This document shows, one piece after another, positions 45,995 through 54,854 of a stretch of DNA of 64,000 bases (position 1 is its first letter; each line of letters opens with the position of its first letter). Source of the stretch: an uncultured Bacilli bacterium (GTDB lineage: Bacteria > Bacillota_I > Bacilli_A > RF39 > UBA660); assembly GCA_934130045.1 (NCBI GenBank), contig CAKOXI010000001.1:14900-78899 (forward strand), read 5' to 3'. The notes beneath the pieces were generated by a model. It saw only the letters and a program-made list of their open reading frames with translations. It ran no database searches and had not been told where the DNA came from. The translations under genes were made by a program, and so were the position numbers.

Positions 45995-48117
45995 ATGGAG
46001 TGATACTAATGAAATTAAAATTTAGAGCTACACCAAAGGATATGTTAGCATTTGCTGGTTTTTCTGTTGTTCTTTTGTATTTTGTTGCAATTGCAATTTT
46101 AAATATATCAACATTTGTAAAAACTGGTGAATTATCTGGTTTTAATCCATTTCCAGCATTTGTTGGTGAAAATTTACCTAAAACAATGATTGCATTTTTA
46201 CTTATTATCATTTTTGTTATAACTAGTGTTTCTTCAACTATATTTAATAGGGAAAAGGGTATTGGATTTGAAATAAAAGATAAGGCTGATAAAGGATATT
46301 CTCGTTGGGCAAAAGAAAAAGAAATGAAAAAAGAATTAAAAATGGTTTTACCTGGTGAGGAACATTCGCAATATGGCGGAATACCTTTAATTAATAATGG
46401 TAAAGAAATATGGGTCGATGATGGTGAGTATCATAATTTAATTATTGGTTCTACTGGTAGTGGTAAAACCCAAATGACTGTTCAACCAATGGTTAAGTGT
46501 TTAGCTAAAAGTAATCAGTCAATGATTATTACAGACCCAAAAGGTGAAATATATGAAAATAATGCTACGGAATTAAGAGAACGTGGTTATAAAATTGTTT
46601 TACTTAATTTTCGTGATCCACAAAAAGGAAATTGTTGGAATCCATTAGCACTCCCTTATTCACTTTATAAATCAGGAAATTCTGATAAAGCTAATGAGTT
46701 GCTTGATGACCTTGCTATGAATATCTTGTATGATGAGAAATCCCAAAATTCTGATCCATTCTGGGAAAAAACTTCTGCTGATTATTTTGCAGGACTGGCT
46801 TTAGCTCTATTTGATGATGCTAAAGAGGAAGAAATAAATTTAAATACAATAAATTTAATGACTACTGTTGGTGAAGAAAAATTTAGAAATACAACATATA
46901 TGAAAGAATACTTTAGCTATAAAGATCAAGCATCTCCTGCTTATGTTAATGTTTCTAGTACTTTATTAGCACCATCTGATACAAAAGGGTCAATTTTATC
47001 AGTATTTAAGCAAAAAATAAAGTTGTTTTCTTCTCGTGAAAATTTATCAGAAATGTTATCACATAGTGATTTTGATATGAAAGATATCGGTAGAGAAAAA
47101 ACTGCAGTATTTATTGTTGTTCAAGATGAAAAAAAGACATACCATTCTTTAGTAACAATATTTATAAAGCAAGTATATGAAACTTTAATTGATGTTGCAC
47201 AAGAATCTGGTGGAAAACTTCCATTTAGAACTAATTTTATTCTTGATGAATTTGCTAATATGCCACCATTAAAGGATGTTACTACAATGGTTACTGCAGC
47301 TCGTAGTAGGGCAATTAGATTTAGTTTTATTATTCAAAATTTTGCACAATTATATCAAGTGTATGGAAAAGAAAATGGTGAAACTATAAAAGGTAACTGT
47401 GGTAATATTGTTTATTTAATAAGTAGTGAACTTGCTGCATTAGAAGAATTGAGTAAAATGTGTGGTGAAGAAAAATCAAAAGAAAAAGATAAAACAGCAT
47501 CTACACCACTTGTTACTGTCAGTGATTTACAAAGACTTCCACAATGGAGTATGGTTGTTTTAAGAATTAGAATGATGCCATTTAAAACGAAATTGACACC
47601 TAATTGGAAAATGGAAAAAGAAAATTTGTGGGGTAAAAAGTACGAAAAAGCTGAATATCCTACACGTGAAAAAGAGCCATTACATTTATTTGATTTAAAG
47701 AAATTTGTTGAAGAAAAAAATGAAGAAAAAATGAGACAAATGATGAATGGCAATAATGATAACACTATTCCTGGAATGATGGGTGGAAATCCTTTTGGTT
47801 TTGGTGGAGGTATTCCTCCAATGTTTGGTGGTATGAGTTCAAATAATAATGCAGGAAATAATTCTCAAGGTGGATTTAATGTTGAAGATATAATTAAAAA
47901 GATTGATGAAAAAATTGCTGCAATAGAGGAAGAAGAAAGACAACAATCATTGCAATCTGAAAGTAAAAAAGATATACTTGATAATAATGATGATAAAATT
48001 ATTCAACAAAATACAGAATTTGATAACAATATTATTCAAGAAAAATCAGAACCTGATAATAATTCAGAAGTTTCAGATGATCAGTTTTTTGATGATTTCT
48101 TCAGTGATGAAGATTAA
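45991..48117 (+). CDS. VirD4/TraG/TcpA-type coupling protein (T4CP)
   Basis: The product has N-terminal TMs, Walker A LIIGSTGSGKTQ and Walker B NFILDEFAN. Its tail is G/N-rich low-complexity with an acidic C-terminus (DDQFFDDFFSDED). Confidence 0.8.
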   Translation: MNGVILMKLKFRATPKDMLAFAGFSVVLLYFVAIAILNISTFVKTGELSGFNPFPAFVGENLPKTMIAFLLIIIFVITSVSSTIFNREKGIGFEIKDKADKGYSRWAKEKEMKKELKMVLPGEEHSQYGGIPLINNGKEIWVDDGEYHNLIIGSTGSGKTQMTVQPMVKCLAKSNQSMIITDPKGEIYENNATELRERGYKIVLLNFRDPQKGNCWNPLALPYSLYKSGNSDKANELLDDLAMNILYDEKSQNSDPFWEKTSADYFAGLALALFDDAKEEEINLNTINLMTTVGEEKFRNTTYMKEYFSYKDQASPAYVNVSSTLLAPSDTKGSILSVFKQKIKLFSSRENLSEMLSHSDFDMKDIGREKTAVFIVVQDEKKTYHSLVTIFIKQVYETLIDVAQESGGKLPFRTNFILDEFANMPPLKDVTTMVTAARSRAIRFSFIIQNFAQLYQVYGKENGETIKGNCGNIVYLISSELAALEELSKMCGEEKSKEKDKTASTPLVTVSDLQRLPQWSMVVLRIRMMPFKTKLTPNWKMEKENLWGKKYEKAEYPTREKEPLHLFDLKKFVEEKNEEKMRQMMNGNNDNTIPGMMGGNPFGFGGGIPPMFGGMSSNNNAGNNSQGGFNVEDIIKKIDEKIAAIEEEERQQSLQSESKKDILDNNDDKIIQQNTEFDNNIIQEKSEPDNNSEVSDDQFFDDFFSDED

Positions 48118-48168
48118 TATGGTTTAATGTAATTACTATATTAATCTTTTTTCATATATTATATTAGG

Positions 48169-48468
48169 GTGATTATATTTATGCAAAGGATATCAATTAA
48201 TGATTTAATACCAATAATTAATAGTATAAAAATAATTGATATTAGAAGTATTCAAAGTTTTAATAATAATCATATTCCTAATTCAGTAAATATACCTGTT
48301 GAAAAATTACTTTATAATCCAGAACAATATATTAATAAAAATGATATATATTATATTTATTGTCAAAAAGGCATATCTAGTTATAATGTATGTAATATAT
48401 TAAATAAATTAGGTTATAGGACAATAAGTATTGATGGTGGGTATGAAGCTTGGATATTAAAAAATTAA
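48169..48468 (+). CDS. Rhodanese-like domain protein
   Basis: The 99-aa product has an active-site loop YIYCQKGISS. Confidence 0.65.
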   Translation: MIIFMQRISINDLIPIINSIKIIDIRSIQSFNNNHIPNSVNIPVEKLLYNPEQYINKNDIYYIYCQKGISSYNVCNILNKLGYRTISIDGGYEAWILKN

Positions 48469-48508
48469 AAAAATCAACATGAAAAAAATGTTAAAAAAGT
48501 AGTTAAAT

Positions 48509-48553
48509 AAAAAACTGATATTTAGAATTATATTTCTATTTATCAGTTTTTTA
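48509..48553. terminator. Bidirectional rho-independent terminator between convergent genes
   Basis: The structure aaaaaactgata-(22-nt loop)-tatcagtttttt is an 11-bp perfect inverted repeat flanked by A/T runs. Confidence 0.55.
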
Positions 48554-48766
48554 TTGATGAATATATGATTTTTTTATTCAATCATATCAGTTAATTGTTT
48601 CCAAAAATTATCTTTTTTAATTACAATATTTGAGCATTTATTAGAATTTTAATCATTTTGTTTTGATATTAATATTATTATCTTCATTTAATAATAATAT
48701 AATAAAAAAACTATTGATATATGTTACAGAAACTCTGTATATCTTTTCAATAGTCTCTCTATTTTT

Positions 48767-49585
48767 TTATTTTCTGCGACCTTTATTATAATCATTATGA
48801 TGATACATATCTACATCATTACTATTATTATATTTTGCCGCTATAATCCTCGCTAAAGAACTTGGATCATTACTTCCATTTAAAACTTCTTGATACATTT
48901 TTGCTTCTTTTGATTCAATATCAAATTTTTGATCGGCTTTTTCTTGAGTAATTCTCATGTCTTGTTCATGATTTTTTTCTTTTATTGTTCTTTGTGCTTC
49001 TGAATTAGTTTTATCGGCTTCTATATGTCTTATGTGTGGAACAATAATGCTATTTGAATTAATTGCTGTAATTTCAACACCATATTTGCTTAAAAAATTT
49101 TTAAAAAATGTATTATCAAAATCTATTTTTGAGATATTTGTTTTATGTGAAATTTCATCGGCATTATATTTTTTTAAATATGAGCTTATTAATGTTTCAC
49201 AATCTTCTCTTATAGTTGTTTTTATATCTTGCGTTGTGTCGACCATTTTTTTTGAATCTCTTATAATATATTTTATATACCAATCAATTTGAACAATTTG
49301 CTCATCTTTTGAATTATATGATTGAACTGGAATATCAAATGTTGTTTCTCTTTTATCTGTTATTTGATGTATTGTTCTCCAAGGAAATTTAACAAAAAAT
49401 GGTCCATTTGCAACTTTTGTTTGTCCACCTTCTGAGTATACAACATCAATATTATTATTTAAAATATTGATTCCACTGTGTAATTGTAAGTTTGATATTG
49501 AATTTTTTTCTTTATTTTGATCTGTTTTTTTATCTGAATTATTTGAAAATTCTGGATATTTTTTACTTAATTCTTCATATGTCAT
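48767..49585 (-). CDS. SPFH/band-7 domain protein
   Basis: I trimmed the start to MTYEEL (ATG at 49585, with an AAAGGGGGA RBS). The SPFH-like core is VVYSEGGQTKVANGPFFVKFPW...QIDWYIKY. Confidence 0.55.
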   Translation of the reverse strand: MTYEELSKKYPEFSNNSDKKTDQNKEKNSISNLQLHSGINILNNNIDVVYSEGGQTKVANGPFFVKFPWRTIHQITDKRETTFDIPVQSYNSKDEQIVQIDWYIKYIIRDSKKMVDTTQDIKTTIREDCETLISSYLKKYNADEISHKTNISKIDFDNTFFKNFLSKYGVEITAINSNSIIVPHIRHIEADKTNSEAQRTIKEKNHEQDMRITQEKADQKFDIESKEAKMYQEVLNGSNDPSSLARIIAAKYNNSNDVDMYHHNDYNKGRRK

Positions 49586-49691
49586 ATGATATTCCCCCTT
49601 TGTATGCCTATATATTAGCACATTCAAATTTTTTTGTCAATTTATATTGTAAAACATAATGTAAATATATTATAATTATTATGGTGATAAA

Positions 49692-50756
49692 ATGGAATTT
49701 ATAATAATATTTTTGTTAATTATAATTTTAATTATATCTGTAATCTCATTATTTAAAAATATTAATGAATCTAATATAACTGAAAGATTAGGTAAATTAG
49801 AAAATAGTATGATTAAAGAAATTTCTGATTTTAAATTTGATTTGAATAAAAATATGAATGATGATTTTAATAACTTGACTGATAGAATGGATAATCGTTT
49901 AAATCTTATTAATCAAAAAGTTAATGAGAGATTGGATGAAAATTTTGAAAAAACAAATAAAGCTTTTACTTCTGTTTTAGAAAGAATTTCTAAAATAGAT
50001 GAAGCTCAAAAGAAAATAGATAGTTTATCAACAGATATAGTGTCTTTACAAAGTGTTTTGACTGATAAAAAAACAAGAGGAATATTTGGAGAAGTCAATC
50101 TTGCACATTTGATGAGTAGTGTTTTTGGCGAAAAAAATGACAGAATTTATCAATTACAATATAGTTTTAATAATGGCACAATTGCTGATTGCGTTCTATT
50201 TGCGCCAGAGCCACTTGGAACTGTTGCAATTGATTCAAAATTTCCTTTAGAAAACTATCAAAATATGGTTGATAAATCCATAAGTTTGGAAGAAAGAAAT
50301 AATTATTCTAAAAAATTTAAAAATGATTTAAAAAAGCATATTGATGATATAAGTAATAAATATATAATACCAAATGTTACCTCAAATCAAGCAATAATGT
50401 TTTTACCTGCTGAGGCAATTTTTGCTGAAGTTAATGCCTATCATACTGACGTAATAGAGTATGCATATAAAAAAAGAGTTTGGATTACTTCTCCAACTAC
50501 TTTAATTAGTACAATGACAACTATAGAGGTTATTATAAAAAATATCGAAAGAGATAAATATGCAACTATAATACATAAAGAACTTAACTTATTATCAGAT
50601 GAATTTAGAAAATATAAAGAACGTTGGGATAAATTATCTAGAAGTATTGAGACAGTTAATAAAGATATTAAAGATATTTATAACACTACTGAAAAAATAA
50701 CGAAAAGATTTGATTCAATAAATCAAGTTGAAATAGATAAAGTAAATGAAAAATAA
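49692..50756 (+). CDS. rmuC: DNA recombination protein RmuC
   Basis: An N-terminal TM is followed by a long coiled coil and a RmuC C-terminal nuclease-like region (CVLFAPEPLGTVAIDSKFPLENY). Confidence 0.75.
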   Translation: MEFIIIFLLIIILIISVISLFKNINESNITERLGKLENSMIKEISDFKFDLNKNMNDDFNNLTDRMDNRLNLINQKVNERLDENFEKTNKAFTSVLERISKIDEAQKKIDSLSTDIVSLQSVLTDKKTRGIFGEVNLAHLMSSVFGEKNDRIYQLQYSFNNGTIADCVLFAPEPLGTVAIDSKFPLENYQNMVDKSISLEERNNYSKKFKNDLKKHIDDISNKYIIPNVTSNQAIMFLPAEAIFAEVNAYHTDVIEYAYKKRVWITSPTTLISTMTTIEVIIKNIERDKYATIIHKELNLLSDEFRKYKERWDKLSRSIETVNKDIKDIYNTTEKITKRFDSINQVEIDKVNEK

Positions 50757-50940
50757 TGAAATAATTTTATATAATATTTAGTATTAGTAAGTTATATTTT
50801 ACTAATATTTTTTTGCATAAAATAAAAAAATTTTCTTTCTTTAAAAAATAAATAATTAAATTAATATATAAATGCAGAATATATATTTTTTTATTTTGAA
50901 ATAATGTTTAAACTATATTAAAGAAAACTAAAAGAATGGA

Positions 50941-51754
50941 TGTTTCTGTTTCTGTCATTGATCGTATACTAAATGAAATATCATCTAATACTGTTTTAAG
51001 GCATCCTACTTTACCAAAATCAATGAATTGGGATGAATTTAAAGCACTAAAGGTAAAATTACTTTTATTATTACTAATAATGTTAGTTTATTTGATATAA
51101 ATTATTCTAGAAAATCTAGAGATTTAGAAAAAAATTTACAGATATTATAAAAAAGAACGTGGCAAAGTAAAACATATATAAATTGATTTTTATTCAGGCT
51201 ATGTCTATTTGGCTAAAAAATTATTAATATATCTATTGATAGATTTCATATTGTAGTTCAAGCTTATAATGCTTTGAATAGTACTAGGGTTAGTTTATGT
51301 AAAAAAGATAATACTAATTATAATAAATTAAAAGACTATTGGAAATTAATCGTTAAAAATAAAAATGATTTATCTGAAGTAATATAATACTCTAAACAAT
51401 TTTCACAAAGATATAGTTAAAGTCAATATTTGATTAATACAAAGCCAATTTTAAAAGCCACTTATGAATGTTATCAATATTTAATCAATTCTTTAAAAAA
51501 AGATTTTAACAAGTTTAAAGCAATGACATTAAATCAAAATAAAAATTTATCTTCAAAAATTGAAACAAGCATTAATGTTATATAAAGAAAATATTAAATA
51601 CATTGAAAACTCATTTAAATATGATATTAATAATGGAATTATAGAAAGCATTGATAATTTAATTAAATTTATTAAAAGAATTACTTTTGACTATAGAAAA
51701 TATAACCATTTTCTATTTTGTATTTTCTTAATTAAAGTCATTATAAAAGGATGA
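50941..51754 (+). pseudogene. Decayed ISL3-family transposase remnant, with multiple frameshifts and stops
   Basis: Fragmentary translations match ISL3 transposase hallmarks. An N-terminal fragment reads HPTLPKSMNWDEFKALK (ISL3 ...DEFK... motif). The C-terminal ORF 51560-51754 reads NGIIESIDNLIKFIKRITFDYRKYNHFLFCIFL, comparable to the consensus N-IEG-NN-IK-IKR-A-GYRNF-NF--RIL. No intact reading frame remains. Confidence 0.5.
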
Positions 51755-51923
51755 ATTTCATCATCCCTTATAATCATACTTCATTTATCAAATTTATTGT
51801 TTGCCAACACTATTTGACAAGAAATCTAAACTTTATATCAATTTTCAGCATTATTGGAACTAATTTTTAAGAATTATATTTATTTATAATATTAAAATTA
51901 TAGATATTTATTAAATAATATAT

Positions 51924-52739
51924 TTATTGATCGCATTCGTTTATACATATATTTACTATGTTATTTTTTAGATATGTTTCTGCATATTCTTCACATATTT
52001 CACTTGGATTATCAACATACTCAGTATTATATTTTTCTTTATACTCTATATATTTATTATATTGATTTGAGCAATTTTTTTTATCAACGTCATCTTTGGT
52101 TATATCTTCACATGCTTCAGCACCATCAAAGCAATCTTCTAATTCTCTGCATGCCATGCCAAACTCTCCATTATCATAATCAAAGGCTTTTTTACAGTTG
52201 TCTATAATTATTCCTCGATCTGTAAATTTTGGAATGTAGGTTCCCAATTTATAATTTTCTACACATGTGTCAACGCATTTAGTTACATCTGGAGTAGTAT
52301 ATTTTAAAGTGTAAGTTGACGAAGAAGTGGTAGAGTTTGAATTGTCATCATTGTTATGACCACCACTAGGTGTAAAATAATTTTTATCATGTTGCCTATA
52401 GCCACCATTTAACATTAAATCTAAACATGTAAAGGTATTACCTGCAGTTGTTTCCCCGTTTGTATCAAGATCTGATATTAATTTTACAACCCAACCAACT
52501 ATGACTGCAACAAAAAATACTAATGCACCAGCAACAAGTTTTTGTAAAAAAGAACTTTGTGCTTTTTTTATTTGATCTTCTTGTTGTGCCATAACGGCTT
52601 TAAGAAAGTCAATACTTCCCATTATAATTATTAATAATGGGACCAAAAATTTAATTATTGTATAAATATTTGCTATAAGTTGAACTGTTTGATCAGGAAG
52701 CCAGCCACAATCTCTATTTACTGTATCTAATATAAGCAT
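51924..52739 (-). CDS. Two-TM hairpin family member 3 with a long Cys-rich C-terminal extension
   Basis: Its N-terminal ~100 aa align to the 35660 protein (LLIIIMGSIDFLKAVMAQQEDQIKKAQSSFLQKLVAGALVFFVAVIVGWV). The 170-aa tail has about 12 Cys. Confidence 0.5.
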   Translation of the reverse strand: MLILDTVNRDCGWLPDQTVQLIANIYTIIKFLVPLLIIIMGSIDFLKAVMAQQEDQIKKAQSSFLQKLVAGALVFFVAVIVGWVVKLISDLDTNGETTAGNTFTCLDLMLNGGYRQHDKNYFTPSGGHNNDDNSNSTTSSSTYTLKYTTPDVTKCVDTCVENYKLGTYIPKFTDRGIIIDNCKKAFDYDNGEFGMACRELEDCFDGAEACEDITKDDVDKKNCSNQYNKYIEYKEKYNTEYVDNPSEICEEYAETYLKNNIVNICINECDQ

Positions 52740-52741
52740 AA

Positions 52742-53077
52742 TTATTCTCCACTATTATTATTTCCAAGTATTGAATTTACGCAACTTAAGGCATCATTTG
52801 CACCACTTACATTTTTTCCAATAACATTCATGCCAAATTTTACAATGGCAAGAACAAAAAATGCTAAAAAACCAGTAAGTAATCTTTTTAAAAAAACACT
52901 TGTATTTTTCTTTATTTCATCTTCTTTACCCGATATAACAGCTTTTACGAAGTCTATTAATCCAAATATTATAATAGCAATTGGAATTGCCATCAATAAT
53001 ATATTATATATTATTCCTATTGTATTTGTTATTTCTGATGGTATTGAGCCACAATCTAATATAAACATTTTTAACAT
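52742..53077 (-). CDS. Two-TM hairpin family member 4 (short form)
   Basis: The product contains IPIAIIIFGLIDFVKAVISGKEDEIKKNTSVFLKRLLTGFLAFFVLAIVKF. Confidence 0.5.
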   Translation of the reverse strand: MLKMFILDCGSIPSEITNTIGIIYNILLMAIPIAIIIFGLIDFVKAVISGKEDEIKKNTSVFLKRLLTGFLAFFVLAIVKFGMNVIGKNVSGANDALSCVNSILGNNNSGE

Positions 53078-53122
53078 CTCCTTTAAACAAATTTTATAAT
53101 AAAACTATATATATGTATTTAA

Positions 53123-53803
53123 TTATTGATTCTTACAATCTTTCATACAAGTGTAATCTCTATCTTGACCAGAAAGTATACATGTTTCTAGACACTCTTT
53201 ATATGTTATATTATTTTCAGTTTTACATATTTCGTTAGTATATAATGGCGAATTGAATTTTTGATAGTTTTCAATACATTTTTTATAAGCAGCATTTGTT
53301 GTAGTAGTTGTTGTTGTCGCATTAACACTAGAACAACTTGAGTTACATTTATTTTGAGCTTCTTTAAGACAATCTTGTTCTTTATTAGTACCGTTTTGAT
53401 TTTTTGATAAGCAAATATTATAGTTTTGATTACAGCACTCTGTATTATTTTCATATTTTCCTGGTTGAATAACTGTACCGCTATTTCCACCTAAAATATC
53501 ACTTGCACATTTAAATGCACTAGATGCATCACCAACTCCTGCATTGCCTAATATTGTAAATACCCATTTTACAAGTGAAAAAACAAAGAAGGCTAAAAGT
53601 CCATATAATAGTCTTTTTACAAATAACCTTGAATTTATATCTTTTTCATCTTTACCCATTATTGCTTTTAAAAAATCAAGTGTTCCAAACAGAACAATGC
53701 CAACTGGGATTAGATACCTTATAATGTTGTATGCTTCATGCAATATGGCAACAATTATACTTGGTAAACTACAAGACCCTTTAATTGTTACTAAAAAATA
53801 CAT
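53123..53803 (-). CDS. Two-TM hairpin family member 5 with a Cys-rich, Thr-run C-terminal extension
   Basis: The product contains IPVGIVLFGTLDFLKAIMGKDEKDINSRLFVKRLLYGLLAFFVFSLVKWV. Its tail has a TTTTTTT run and many Cys. Confidence 0.5.
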   Translation of the reverse strand: MYFLVTIKGSCSLPSIIVAILHEAYNIIRYLIPVGIVLFGTLDFLKAIMGKDEKDINSRLFVKRLLYGLLAFFVFSLVKWVFTILGNAGVGDASSAFKCASDILGGNSGTVIQPGKYENNTECCNQNYNICLSKNQNGTNKEQDCLKEAQNKCNSSCSSVNATTTTTTTNAAYKKCIENYQKFNSPLYTNEICKTENNITYKECLETCILSGQDRDYTCMKDCKNQ

Positions 53804-53910
53804 ATTATCTAGTCCTTTCCTAAATTTATTATAGCATACAACTTTATTTATATCAAATAAAAATGTTATTTTTGTATATATTATTTTTATTTTGTAAAAA
53901 ATAAATTAGG

Positions 53911-54804
53911 GTGATAACTATGTTCTTGGTATATATTGAAAATAATAGTTTCTTAAGTAAAATTGTTACATATTTAGATTATGGTAAAATAGATTATACA
54001 TTTGATATAAATTCTAAATATGATAAAATTATAATTGCTCAAAATAGTTCTAAAACATTAGAATTAATGAAGAAAGCTAAAAAAATTATATATGTTATGT
54101 ATTTAGATGAGTTAAAATATTATAATAATTATTATAGAAATAATAAGCGTAGTAATGTATATATAAGTAATATGAAGAAATTTTTTAGTTATTGTAATAT
54201 TATAATAACAAGTTTACCTTTTTTTAAAAAAATAGTAGCTTCAAAAAAAGTATATATATTACCTTTAGAAAATATTTATTTTTCAGTATGTAAAAATAAG
54301 TTATTAAATTTTGGAAAAAAAACAATTACTATTATTGATAGTAATTATAAATATTTAAATAATTCTATAGAACTTATTAATAAATATCCTAATTATCAAT
54401 TTAATTTAATTGGTTTTAATAGTAATTTAAAAAAATCTGATTTAAAAATTTTAAGTGATATACCAAGTAATGTAACTTTATATAAATATTGTAATGATAT
54501 TCTTTTAAATAATTATATAGTTAATAGTATGATTATAGTTTCTTTTGATAGTATTTTGGATAATAATTATATAAATATTTGTTTAAATATGAAAAAAAAT
54601 ATTTTGCTTTTAAACAGTAAATTATATTCAGATTATTTTGTAGATAATAAGAATATATATTTATTTGATAGTAATGATATTTTAAAGAAATTTAATAAAA
54701 TAATAAGTAATAGAGTTAGTAATTTAGGTGGTGAAGGTTATAATTTAATATGCAACAATAATTTTAAAGAAATTGCTGACAAGTTTTGTAAACTTATTAA
54801 ATAA
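53911..54804 (+). CDS. Hypothetical protein
   Basis: The 297-aa product is N/K/I-rich. No family is recognised. Confidence 0.35.
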   Translation: MITMFLVYIENNSFLSKIVTYLDYGKIDYTFDINSKYDKIIIAQNSSKTLELMKKAKKIIYVMYLDELKYYNNYYRNNKRSNVYISNMKKFFSYCNIIITSLPFFKKIVASKKVYILPLENIYFSVCKNKLLNFGKKTITIIDSNYKYLNNSIELINKYPNYQFNLIGFNSNLKKSDLKILSDIPSNVTLYKYCNDILLNNYIVNSMIIVSFDSILDNNYINICLNMKKNILLLNSKLYSDYFVDNKNIYLFDSNDILKKFNKIISNRVSNLGGEGYNLICNNNFKEIADKFCKLIK

Positions 54805-54854
54805 TTATATCATTTTGTTTTTTTTTAATTTATAATTACATTAGAGGTGTTTAT

